Assembly: GCF_032191835.1 (NCBI RefSeq)
Contig: NC_083227.1
Coordinates: 116,870,001-116,934,000 of the forward strand
Reading direction: 5' to 3'
From: Heteronotia binoei
Lineage: Eukaryota
Length of the DNA: 64,000 nucleotides
Below are positions 1 to 12,470 of this stretch, piece by piece. Every line of letters starts with the position of its first letter. Position 1 is the first letter of the stretch. A model generated the notes under the pieces. That model was not told the DNA's origin. It saw only the letters and a program-made list of their open reading frames with translations, and searched no databases. The position numbers were made by a program, and so were the translations under genes.

Positions 1-696
1 TGAGGAACACATAAGGAATAAACAAATGAGCAAGCAAAGAAATTTAAAATATGGGCACAGTTTTGTATTTGTTCTAAAGGGCACTTATTTTGAAAGGAGT
101 TCCTACACACATTCTTTTGTGTTTGTATTCCAAACACATCCCCCCACCCCCACTATGCTGCATGCAATGTGTGCACCTGGTTGTGTCACCTACTTGTAAC
201 AAAGGAAGATGAGCCAAAGATGTAGGATATTACATTGGTATCAGATCAACTGCATTGAAGAGATAACCTAACAAAGCAGTTGATCTCATAAGGTCACTGT
301 TCTATAACAGAAATTAAGAACCAAATAAACACAGTGGAGAGATTTATAACATGTTCTGAATGACACTGATTACAGTAATCCAGTAAATAACCACAGTTCT
401 TATTCTGCAATAAACCTATGAGTTGTTTATAGTGTAGATGGTAGACAACTGAGTGACAAATTTTATTTTGCAGCACAAACAAGTCTCACCTTTTGACTTT
501 ATTAAACTTAAGTGTGAATTGGATGAACTCATTTAACACTATTCTGAGTTCACTAAGTACTGTTGGTTTTTAAGACCATATTGTGTGCAGGAAATAAATT
601 TGAGAGCACAGTGTAAGATAATGCAGCAAAACATTTTTTCAGCAGAAAGTTTATTGAAATCATTAGGAACATCTCTCTCTTTTTCCTCCCCTCTGA

Positions 697-822
<126 letters not shown>

Positions 823-1655
823 TAGGGATAGCTTATAGCAAAACCAATAATGTTTAGAGTTTGAGAAGAGCAAATAAATGAGAGTGCCACAGTGTGTGTA
901 GATAGCTATAGATACAGATAGATGTATATAAACACCCACTGAAGATACCATGTCACTATGTTTTAAAACATATATAATGTTTAAAAGGAAATTGAAACTG
1001 GGAACACAAATGTATGCTTTAATTGTTTTGTACATGCATTTATATTTTCAATATGATTTAAATATTTTTTCATTCATAAATGTTAGAAACACTTTGTTCT
1101 GGGTTTAAAAGCTGTGCTAGCTCCTGCAAAACATTTAAAATAAACCAATATATAAGATACTTGAGCACTCTTCAGCGTTTTACTCATCGTATCTAAAACA
1201 AAATGCCCAAATAATTTTTGTTGGGTGAAATTCCAGTTTCATAGAAATTATGGGTAAACTCTCTTGTTTTTATACATAGTTAGAAAACTACCTAAGGGAT
1301 ATTTTTATCCCAGAGACTACTTAGAAGATTCAATATTAGCAGGCTATTATGTAAAGGAAGTGGCCTGCCCTGCCTCAAATAAAGGCTGATAATTAAGGGA
1401 TGAAACTTGTCCTGTTTTCTGTAGGAAGCCTGAAAACCAGACTGTCATCCATTATAGATAAGGCCTTGGCTTAGAGTACCTTTCCACACTAGGCTAAGTG
1501 TGGAGACAAATCTATTATCTAGCAGCCATTTTATCTGTTGAAGTCAGGGCAAAAAAGGCAAGGCTAAACTCAGTGCCTCAAAAGTTTAACTTGAGCATTC
1601 ATACTTAAATGGTACTATTTATGTAGACCATAATGGACATGCTCATATAATACTC

Positions 1656-1857
1656 TCTGGGTTGGGAAATACCTGAAGATTTGGGGGTCAAGTCTGGGGA
1701 AGGTGGGGTTTGGGTCGTGTACGACCGCATCAGGATACAATGCCATAGTTCAAACTCTGAAGGAGCCATTTTTTCCAGGGGAACTGATATCTCTCATCTG
1801 AAGATCAACTGTAATACCAGGAGATGTCCAGGCTCCACCTGGACGTTGGCAGCCCTA
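1656..1857 (+). mobile_element. Eroded hAT-like non-autonomous element fragment
   Basis: Ends in tggcagcccta, resembling the TAGGGTTGCCA-type TIR of other copies. The left end is eroded and no TSD was found. Confidence 0.4.
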
Positions 1858-1961
1858 TGTACTTAAATTTGGTTTATGCTGCTAATCCATCTTGCTCAGT
1901 ATTGTGAACTCTTATTTTCAGTGACTCCTCAAAATCTCAGGCAATCTTTCCCAATACCTAC

Positions 1962-2229
1962 TGCCTGCTTGGTGTAGTGGTTAAGTGCATGGACTCTTAT
2001 CTGGGAGAACCAGGTTTGATTCCTCACTCCACATGCAGCTGTTGGAGTCAGTCATAACCCGCTCTGAGCTGTTCTGCTCAAGAGCAGTTCTTAGAGAGCT
2101 CTCTCAGTCCCACCTACCTCACGGGGTGTCTGTTGTTGGAAGGGGAAGGATCGTGAGCCACTGTAAGGCTCCTGCAGGTAGTGAAGGGCAGGGTATAAAT
2201 CCAGTTTTCCTCCTCCTCCTCCTCTTCTT
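1962..2229 (+). mobile_element. tRNA-derived SINE (Squam3-like)
   Basis: Pol III A-box-like tggtgtagtgg, B-box-like ggtttgattcc and a (cct/ctt)n tail. Homologous to the copies at 53801 and 62926. Confidence 0.8.
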
Positions 2230-2601
2230 AAATTAACACACACACATACACACAAATACATTCTTAGAAAATTCTACTTATTCATGTGGTTTGCTTTCTA
2301 TGCATCCCTCAAAAATTGTGGCTACCAGTGAAAAGCTTTCTCTTTCCCCACATGTGTAATTATCATTAATCATGTTTTTTGAAGGTTGCTATAACAGTAA
2401 ATAAACATTTATGTACCACACAAATTACAATGTACAGTGTCTTGCACAATCTTCTGTGTGGATCAGTACTTAATCCTTAGCTTATTCAGAACTCAAATCT
2501 ATTTAGTCTTGTTCAATTGTTATGAGGGTGATACATTGAACAGCCACCTAACATGAGCACAGTCTAATTAATTACACTGATCTCTGTATGCTTTTCTCCA
2601 G

Positions 2602-2779
2602 GAAATAATCCTGAAAAGAGCAGCTGATATAGCAGAAGCACTCTACAGCGTCCCTCGCAATCATAACCAGCTCCCAGCACTTGCCAACACATCAGTCCAT
2701 GCAGGAATGATGGGTGTGAATTCCTTTAGTGGTCAGCTAGCAGTCAATGTTTCAGAAGCCTCACAGGCAACCAATCAGG
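2602..2779 (+). CDS. EBF1: EBF1 coding exon, second HLH helix copy plus start of the Ser/Pro/Thr-rich region ([59 protein letters not shown]+G), 178 nt
   Basis: cttttctccag acceptor and G|gtaag donor. The peptide [20 protein letters not shown] is what I recognise as EBF1 rather than EBF2/3/4. Confidence 0.97.
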
Positions 2780-4105
2780 GTAAGAAGAATAAATATTTTT
2801 CAGGCAAAAGTTGGAATATTTAAAGAGGGGGTTGTTTGTTTTTTAGTCATAGTATAAGTGAAGAATTCAATGTTTAATAGATTGTACACATATTTCTTGA
2901 ATGTTTATTTTCATTAGAGTAATATGCAGTACAGTCTCATCTGCCTAAGTATGGACCATTTACATTATCAGATATTTCAGGCAGGGCAGGGAGCTAATAT
3001 GTTTCTGTTTGGGGGACACTTTGTCAGGAAGCATATAGCCATTTACTTGGTAAACTGTTACTGAGTTCTGACCAATGAATGCAAAAGTGAAAGTATTCTA
3101 ATTGAATTCCCTACTGTGGAAGAGTGTTTTACACCAAAGTATTTCTAACATTTTACTTGTTTGGAGAACAAAAGCACCCAGTACTCTATTCCTACAGTGT
3201 CTCTGCTCAGAAAAAGAAGCAAGAACCCCAACATTTTGAATACTAACTAAAGTCATGCATACCCTTCCAGACTTTCTGTTGACTATTTAATTGATAATAG
3301 TGCAATAATTGTTATATGTATGAGTGCCAGTGGTGATTAAGGCTGGATCAAATATATTTAAACAGACATTGGTTTGTGATGTCACAAGCTCCAGCAGTCT
3401 AGGATCATTTCCAGACTGACCTAAATTTTCAAGAGTGGATGGTAGTCTCCATAGAGTTGCCATATAACCTTTATTTTAATAGCCTGCACTTTTATTGGAC
3501 TACTGCCTCTCCACAATACCATATGTATGTGTCTTAGATAATATCTCCCACAGCACCTCTACACAGTAAACTTATGAAGACCACCATGTCTTTTCTGTGT
3601 TTTTTTGTTCTGATAACCCTAAGTGTATTTTTCTTTATGGCTACCAAAGTTTCTAATGGCTAAGCACTCTCTGAAAATTAGGGCATACTGAAGCGCCTCG
3701 TTGCATGTCAGAAATGATGCAATTTCTGAGCCAGTCTCTAGTCTTAACAATCAAAGAACTTCATTTTAAATGCCCTAATACTATATATTAGTCACAAATG
3801 GGTAATGACTAAGAAACTGTTTTTCTATGCCAAGTAGATTGTCTTATCAACATGTTTTATAACTCTTTGCAACATTTTTTGTCATCTATGACCCAGTCAC
3901 ATTATTATTCAAAGGCTTTTGACATTTTATAAACTATTTGTACATGGAATTTTATAGAATGAGTGACACATGCACCCTTTACTCTTCCCCAGATGCACAT
4001 GTCTTCTGAAGCCTCCCTCAGTTTTAGTATAGCAGATTTAGGATATTTTAAAATTGGGTGGAGCTCTCTCATGAATAACAGCTGTTCTTCCTGTTTCTGC
4101 AAAAG

Positions 4106-4285
4106 GTTTTACTCGCAACTCAAGCAGTGTGTCGCCTCATGGTTATGTGCCAAGCACTACCCCACAGCAGACAAACTATAATTCCGTCACGACAAGCATG
4201 AACGGCTATGGAAATGCTGGAATGTCTAATTTAGGTGGTTCTCCAACATTCTTGAATGGATCTGCAGCCAATTCTCCCTATGCCA
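4106..4285 (+). CDS. EBF1: EBF1 coding exon ([60 protein letters not shown]), phase 1-1, 180 nt
   Basis: ctgtttctgcaaaag acceptor and A|gtacg donor. The frame continues from the previous exon. Confidence 0.97.
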
Positions 4286-6399
4286 GTACGTACTCTGCAT
4301 GTTAGCTTCAGTGGCAGTTTGCATAGTGATCTGAATAGGCTGAGCTTTCATAAATCTAAGGAATAGACTTCTTTAAAAGCTTTACCATTGCTATCAGTTT
4401 ATTTTTATTATTATTTTCTAATGGAAGTAGACACTATTTTCTGTATCTCAGAAATATGTTCTTGAAATTTTAGTTATCACTGTTTATATATTTATTATGC
4501 TTGTAATTAGAAAAGCTTCAAGTAGCTTACTTGGGTTTGCTTCATGGGCCTGCCAAGGGCCTGCCAGGGGTCTTCCATATAGGACCTTTCTACCTTACAT
4601 GCTGCTATAGCATCAGATGTCCTAAATATAAGTCTGTTTTGTAATTGAGGGGACAGGTAAAATACCCCTTGCTTTTTGCTCTTAGCTTTGATAACATTGA
4701 AATCTGATCGTGGAATACAATGGGAATAAATACAAGATTTGCTCCCCAGGCACAAAAAATTGGGTTATCAACATATTGTTTCAGAAATAATTCCCCCATC
4801 ATATACAAGAATATAGGAAAAGGAGATTTCTACAAATTCCTATTTCCAGGATCATATGCCATGCAATTCCCAAAGGTCTCCTGATTTTTAGGAATGGCTT
4901 TTCAAGGGACACAGAAGCAATGGGAAAGGAAATGTGACAAAGCTTGCTCTATATTAGGCATGACCGCAGTGCTTTTTGAATGGTATTTTGGATTCCCTTG
5001 ACACATTGCAGCAGATGTAAGAATGCCATTTTTGATTGTGTGCACCTTGCACACAATCTAAAAAGTCTGTTGCAAGGAATTCTGGGATGTACAGGAAAGT
5101 GATCTATAGCCAGAAGTTTCTACTTTTAGTTTTAGCTATAGTTTTAATCAGCACTTAGGTGCTAACAGACATGATCGATGAGCCATGATGATGAAAAGCC
5201 TTTCAGTGGCCTGATGATGCTTTCACAACATATGAGCTGCTGCAACAGAACTTTTTTTCAACCTCAATGTTAGGAGTCCTGGGTCATATGAGGTTCCTTC
5301 CCACTGATTCTGGAAACTGAGGCAGTGCTGGTATGGGAAGAAGACACATTATAGACTCAACCTAAATGACCTAGAGCTTTGTTTCTCAGCCTGTGGGTCA
5401 GGATCCAGAAGTGGGTCATGAAGCCTCTGAAAGTAGGTTGCAGGCTAGTCCTCCCTAATGGTGGCTCCTACCCATTACATCTTTCTTTTTTCTTTTGTTT
5501 TAACCAATGTTCCACATTCTCATCTCCAATTCCTTCTTTGTCACAATAATGGGGAGAAAAGAAACCATTAGAAATCTAATAATATCACTGAAGTAGCTGA
5601 AAGAAGGAGGGCTGGTGGAGAGTAGATGGGAGCTGTTTGGCATGCCATGGAAAGGGGAGGATAGAAAGAGGCATCCGCATGCATGTGCTTTTTATTGGTT
5701 CTGCTCCTTTAGTAGCCCAACCTCTTGCCCAGGCCTCTGCGTTGTTTCACTGTCCTTTATTTGCAATGGAAGATGTACTGCACCAAGCTCCTTGCCACAA
5801 ACTTCTTCATTGTCACCTGTCATTTTCATATAGTTCCTCAACCCAGTGACTGCCTGAGTGTGCCTCCTCAAACCAGCTCCAGCAGAGGAAACATGTTGGG
5901 TTTATAGTGACCAAGCCAAAAAGTTACAAGGATAATCACAGTTATATAAACCAATATCAGTACAAAAAAGACTGATTAAAGGCACTACTACACAATTAGA
6001 ATTTTTCTTAAAATCAACTGATCTTTATGTAATTTTTTTTACAATATGCAACAAAGATTAAACATTTATATCATACATTTTGTCTCACTTATTATTTATA
6101 GTGGGACAGCTGCATCTTCTATGTGATGTTTGTTGGTTTCTCAAAAACATCTTGTTGAGCACAGTAGGAAATGGAAAGCTGGAATAGATGGATGCAAAGA
6201 TGATAATTTGCCTAGAGCACAAAAGCTTTGGGCCAGATTTTGATGGGTTACCATACAAAGTGAATTTGGGCATGTGGGTCACCATCCAAAAAAGCATGGG
6301 AACCACTGATCTGGAGGCTTCTGGCTAGGGAGAGAAAAAAAATTGTTAAAACTCTGTTTTGGGTTGATTAAACAAAAAAAAAGTTATTTCATTTGGAAG

Positions 6400-6720
6400 T
6401 CAATTCATATTAGGTAAAGAAAAAAAAAACTGAAAAAAATCGGTATTCCTGATTTTTTCCCGCTCCATTATACTCTACGGGCCATTGTAGTCAATGGCAA
6501 AATCCCATAGAGTACATTCCATGGGCTGGGAGGGAGGGGGTTTGAGTGAGACGCACCAGATTTGCTGTGTACCTGCTGAAGTTTCTCTCCAAAAGAATCC
6601 CCATGTTTCAAAAAGATTGGACCACAGGGTCCAATCTTATGGGCACGCAAAGAGGGTGCCCCTATCCCAGTTGAAATCAATGGCTGCGAAAACTCCATTG
6701 GTTTCAGTTATGGGGGGGAA
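6400..6720 (+). mobile_element. Fragment of hAT-element internal module
   Basis: Shares ccattata...gtcaatggcaaaat and aaagattggacc...ggtccaat blocks with the 25800-27470 element. Confidence 0.5.
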
Positions 6721-7608
6721 ATCACTAAGGTCAAATAAGAGAATCTCTCACCTAAAAACAGTGGGGGGGGGGTTTCAGTCAGCAGCAGTGTATGTGCCCA
6801 GCAGAGCCAATGCTACTATGGCATTGCCAAAAAAAAAAAAACCCAGGACAAAGATCAAATTGGGTAGGAGGCATTTCCTGGGGAACCACTGTTGTCAATC
6901 TCCAGGTGAAGGCTAGAGTGCTCTCCAGGTGGCAGAGATCAGTTCCCCTGGACAAAACAGCTGCTTAAATTAAGGTTGCCAGCCCCCAGGTGGGGCCTGG
7001 AGATCTCCTGCTTTTAAGATACTATCTGGCCTGCTTAGCGGGGAAGTGCTAAAGCCCTATGCCAACAATGTTACTCAAAGAATTTCCTGTCTCAGATCCT
7101 AATTATTTTTAAAAGCCTACTAATACATAATAGCCTTAGGTAAGTTGTAAAAACCCAGAAGCACCCAGTGAACAACACCCTGAAAAGCAACCTTCTGGAA
7201 ATAAAACTAAAAACCTCTTCTAACAGTACCCCCTAAACAGAAATCTTCAAGACCAACTGGCGTCCCCGTGAAAAAGCAACCTTGTAAGACTGAGAAACTT
7301 ACAATAACCTCTATTAACACAACTGGTGCAGTTGCAGTACAATAAATCTGCATAAAAACACAAGAATCACACACTACACAGCCAAACCTAGGACCCAGAA
7401 ACAGTCCAAGTTCAACAGGAAAATTTTAAAAACCTGTGAAACAACTATTGTTATCTAGGCTAACTGAAGGCCTCAGTCAAGCAAGCGGACCACACAAACA
7501 GGCACACAATCTGTGAAGGCACATAATCTGAGGCACACAGCAAAAAACATAAAACCAGAAGGACTACTGTCTCAAGCCTTTTAAGAAATTCCAAGTCAGG
7601 CACAAAAT

Positions 7609-8558
7609 TAGGGTTGTCAAGTCCGACCCCAGAAATATCTGGGGACTTTGGGGGTGGAGCCAGGAGACTTTGGGGGTGGAGCCAGGAGACACTGGGGTGG
7701 AGCTAGGGGGAGGGGGGAAACGGTGCTGGGGAGCATGGTGAGCCGCCCCGTCTTGGAGCGGGCGATGCCGCTGCACAGCTGCCGCCTCTTCTCTGCTCGC
7801 CGTGGCTGCTCCTCCGAGATGGGCTCAGCCTGATGGGCTCAGCCTCAGCTCCCATCTTGGAGGAGCAGCCACGGCAAGCGGAGAAGAGGCGGCAGCGGCG
7901 CGGCAGCCTCGCCCGCTCCGCCTCTGGGGTGGAATCGGAGGGGGGGGGGTGGAGGCAGGCTGGGGGTGTGGCGAGCCGTGAGTCCGGGTCCTAGAAGGGC
8001 CTGGATTCGCAGCTCGCCATGCTCCTGGCCTGCCTCCACCCTTCTCTTCTTTGGTTTTGCCTGCGCTGCTGCCGCCTCTTGGCTGCTCCTCCAAGATGGG
8101 CTCAGCCTCAGCTCCCATCTTGGAGGAGCAGCCACGGCGAGCGGAGAAGAGGCGGCAGCGGCGCGGTGGCCTCGCCCGCTCCGCCTCTGGGGTGGAATCA
8201 GAGGGGGGGGGTGGAGGCAGGCTGGGGGTGTGGCGAGCCGCGAGTCCGGGTCCTAGAAGGGCCTGGATTCGCAGCTCGCCATGCTCCTGGCCTGCCTCCA
8301 CCCTTCTTTTCTTTGGTTTTGCCTGCGCTGCTGCCGCCTCTTGGCTGCTCCTCCAAGATGGGCCCATCTCGGAGGAGCAACTGCGGTGGGCGGGGAGGGG
8401 GCGGCAGCGGCGCGGCGGCCTCATTCGCTCTGGAATGGGATGGCTCGCCATGCTCCCCGGTGCCGTTTCCCCCTCCCCCCTTCTGTTTTTTTGGGGAGCG
8501 GGGGAAGAGGGTGGAAATCCTGGGGTCCCCCGCCAGGGCGGGAGGGTTGGGAAGCCTA
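7609..8558 (+). mobile_element. Non-autonomous hAT element (950 bp) with GC/CpG-rich tandemly repeated interior
   Basis: TIRs tagggttgtcaa and ttgggaagccta. Perfect 8-bp TSD cacaaaat at 7601-7608 and 8559-8566. Confidence 0.88.
7835..8360. repeat. 262-bp GC-rich tandem repeat, about 2 copies plus flanking partial units, each with an internal inverted repeat
   Basis: Identical text recurs with period 262, for example atgctcctggcctgcc at 8019 and 8281. Confidence 0.9.
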
Positions 8559-9704
8559 CACAAAATGGAATTTAAAAAAAATCTCAACCTTATCAACAAC
8601 AAGGCAGAAACTGAGGCACAGGCCATGCACCAGCCTCAGGAGGCCAGGCCAGGCCCACACAGAGAAAGTACAACAGTCTAAGTTTTAAAATCTCTTTAAA
8701 GAAATAGCAAAGTCTAAACTATCACTGACCAGGCAGAGTCAGATTACATAAGATTTAACTTCAGAGTATATATTTTAAACAACAAACAGTGGAAATGATT
8801 ATCAGCTCCTCTCCAGGCTCCCCAACAAAGCAATTAAACCTTTTAAAAAATGCCTAGGCAAGGGTAACCTGACCCCCCCCCCCCAACCCACAGTAACCTC
8901 CCCTTGACAGCCTCCCATTTAACCCACTAGGCAAATTTTAAAAGACCTTAAGAGAAAAATATTTTTAAGCTTTGTCACGCAAACCAGGGGATGCCTTCTT
9001 CCTCTGGCCAGGAACAGGAGTAGTATATTTCTCCAGAGACATCCAAGGAAATCAGCAGCAGGGTAATCCAAAAGGCGGACAATAGTCAGTCAAGTCAAGA
9101 GCAGAGCAATGGCTGAACTAGCAAGCCAGCAGTCTCAGGCAGCCAAACCAAACTCAGGAAACCACCATGGGATCTGGCTCAGATCAGCGCTTTTATGCTC
9201 TCTGCTCTGGCCATGCACAGAAGATTTTCAAAATGTGAAAAATCCTATGACTGGCCAAAGAGTATGCCCCCCCCCCTCCGCTGACTGCTAGCAGCCCAGT
9301 CAGCTAACAAAGGAAAGCAATTTAGCTATACTGTGTAACTAAGGAAACATAAAGAAGCCATGATACATTACATACTAGCCTTGTTTTTAGCTATTGCTTT
9401 ATTTTAGAAGTCCGTTCCTTTGCTAATCCATTCCTGAGTATGTGTGAAATTATAAATATTATAATTTATAATTTATACATTTATAATTTATTCTAAAGCA
9501 TTTGTTCTTATTTGCAATCAAATAATAAACTTACAAGTAACATTGTTGCAATCCCTCCCCCCATTGCCCTGATTGAGTTCATCTTTGTTTTGCTACATTG
9601 ATAAAACAGTTGTTAACTTGTGATGGCTGAGTGATGACTGGTCTTTGTTCAAGCCTTGAAGAACATATTCAGAGTTTTCAGACCTCTAAATGGATTTTAA
9701 TTGT

Positions 9705-11437
9705 AGAGACAAACAAAAGATGAAAGATTTCCTTAAAATATGAAAGAAATATGAAAGAAATCAAGGGAATGTTTTGTGCAAAGATGGCCATGATAAAGGA
9801 CAAAAACAACAGGGACCTAACAGAAGCAGAAGAGATTAGGAAAAGGTGGCAAGAATACACAGAAGAATTATACAAGAAGGATCTCAATGTCCTTGACACC
9901 CATGGAAATGAAATCGTTGACCTTGAGCCAGACATCCTGGAGTGTGAAGTCAAATGGGCCTTAGAAAGCATTACTAACAACAAAGTGAGCGGAGGCGACA
10001 GTATCCCAGTTGAGCTATTCAAAGTCCTAAAAGACAATGCTGTTAAAGTGATGCACACATTATGTCAGCAAATTTGGAAAATGCAACAGTGGCCACAGGA
10101 TTGGAAAAGGTCAGTTCATATTCCAATCCCAAAGAAGGGTAACGCCAAGGAATGTTCAAACTATCGCACCATTGCACCCATTTCACATGCCAACAAGGTC
10201 ATGTTAAAGATCCTACAAGCTAGGCTTCAGCAGTATGTAGATAGGGAACTACCAGAAGTTCAAGCTGGGTTTTGGAGAGGTAGAGGAACTAGAGATCAAA
10301 TTGGCAACTTTCACTGGATTATGGCAAAAGTATGGGAGTATCAGAAAAACGTCTATTTTTGTTTCATTGACTACGCTAAAGCCTTTGATTGTGTGGATCA
10401 CAACAAATTGTGGCAAGTTCTTAAATAGATGGGAGTACCAGACCACCTCACATGTCTTTTGAGAAACCTGTATAAGGGTCAAGAAGCAACTGTCAGAACA
10501 GGATATGGAACAACTGATTGGTTTAGAATAGGAAAAGGATTTCGACAAGGATGTATATTGCCACCCTGCTTATTTAATTTATACGCAGAGTACATCATGC
10601 AGAATGCTGGCCTGGATGAAGCAGAAGCTGGAATTAAGATCGATGGGAAAAACATCAACAACCTCAGATATGCAGATGACACCACTCTAATGGCAGAAAG
10701 TGAGGAGGACCTAAAGAACCTCTTGTTGAGGGTAAAAGAGGAGAGCACAAAAGTAGGCTTGAAACTCAACATCAAAAAAACTAAGATCATGGCATCTGGC
10801 CCCATCACACCTTGGCAAATAGAAGGGGAAGACATGGAAGTAGTGACAGACTTCACATTTCTGAGATCCAAGATCACTGCAGATGGTGACTGTAGCCATC
10901 AAATTAAAAGTTGTTTGCTCCTTGGGAGGACAGCTATGGCGAACCTAGGCAGTATAATAAAAAGTAGAGACATCCTGCCAACAAAAGTCCGTATAGGCAA
11001 AGCTATGGTATTCCCAGTAGTAATGTATGGCTGTGAGAGTTGGACCATAAGGAAGGCCAAGCACAGAAGAATAAATGCTTTCGAGCTGTGGTGCTGGAGA
11101 AGAATCCTGAGAGTTCCTTGGACTACAAGATCCAATCAGTCTGTCCTAAGGGAAATCAACTCTGACTGTTCCCTGGAAGGTCAGATGCTGAAGCTGAAGC
11201 TCAAATACTTTGGCCACCAAATGAGAAGGGTTGCTGGAGAAGATCCTGATGCTGGGAAAGACAGAAGGCAAAAGAAGAAGGGGATGGCAAAAGATGAGAT
11301 GGCTGGACAGCATTACTGATGTAACTAACGAAGATTTGAGCAGACTTCGGAAGATGGAAGACAGGAGGGCTTGGCGTGACTTTATCCGTGGGGTCGCAAA
11401 GAGTCAGACTTGACTGTGCCACTGAACAACAACAACA
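9705..11437 (+). mobile_element. BovB (RTE clade) LINE, 5'-truncated, RT domain with one premature stop and 3' indels
   Basis: ORFs 9751..10428 and 10429..11319 encode an RTE-type RT (NYRTIAPISHANK, FIDYAKAFDCVDH, RYADD). BovB-type 3' end ggggtcgcaaagagtc followed by a (caa)n tail. The 5' boundary is approximate. Confidence 0.92.
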
Positions 11438-12405
11438 TGAAAGAAAGAGGAGGATGTTCCTTGTTAAAATTGTCCCCCTTCCCCCTGCCATTCTCCTGAT
11501 TTCTAGGGGTGGGGGAGCTAATTTTTGGCTGCTTTTTTCTGGTATTCTTAATTCGGCTGCCAGCTCAAATCAGAGAATCTGACTTGGCTTTATAAAAGCC
11601 TAAAATTGCCAAAAAGGACATTTTCCATTCCCCCCCCACACACACATTTTATTTTTACTGAATGCACACCAATACTTCTGATGTTACTCTTGAAATAGGA
11701 GGAACCATGGTAGAGCAGTTCCCACACAATGAGGGTGCTGTTTAAAGGAACCTTCCACCAATCATGAAACTTCAACTTCTTGGTGCATCTGCTAAGCAGG
11801 CCTCACTTGTACACCTTGCTGTCAGTGTTTTTGTCTTATTTCTCCTATAAACAGCAGTGTCAGTTTCCACCAAATCCCACCCCCCAAGAACTTGGGACAG
11901 CCTCGAAAAAGATGCTCATATTCAGCACTAGTGAGTACCATTGCGAAAAAGCCCTCCTTGTAGGTATATGATGATCTCTAGACCAGGACCTATGATGGTA
12001 ATTCAGCGTTTGCTCTTCTTATAGGTAAATAAATGCAAATGGCTAATCATCAGACTTGTCTTTATTTGTAAAATACAATTGCAGACCTAAAAAGATGCCA
12101 CATTTATATTTAAAACAGAATCATGAGCTTAATGCTCTTCAATCAAATTAAACAGAAAGGTCCACATAATTGTAATGTTGTGAATATAAAAATTCTCCAT
12201 CATGATTTACATTTACATTTTGTTAGTGATGTAATAATGCAGATGATCATCACACTTTATAATGTATTGAACTAACTTAAAACTTGATAAGTATGAAATG
12301 ATAATTTACTGTGGTTTGTTGTCCATTAAAATATTTCAGAATTTTAGTTTTTCATAATCATGGACAGAGTTACTTTTAAATATTTTTGTGTAATGCTTTC
12401 CGCTA

Positions 12406-12436
12406 TTAGTAGTAGTAGTAATAATGCCACAACAAC

Positions 12437-12466
<30 letters not shown>
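12406..12466. repeat. Compound microsatellite (agt)n-(aac)n-(aat)10
   Basis: Read directly from the sequence. Confidence 0.9.

Positions 12467-12470
<4 letters not shown>

Noticed and set aside
243-286. 11-bp inverted repeat agatcaactgc / gcagttgatct
   Set aside because: Too short and isolated to distinguish from chance in 64 kb.
5185-5310. Possible C/D-box snoRNA (ATGATGA ... CTGA) in an intron
   Set aside because: No convincing terminal stem, box spacing or recognisable guide sequence. The motifs are short enough to be chance.
7564-8688. Many overlapping 100-220 aa ORFs on both strands
   Set aside because: They lie within the GC-rich 262-bp repeat of a TSD-bounded transposon. They are low-complexity with no recognisable domain, and stop codons are rare at this GC content.
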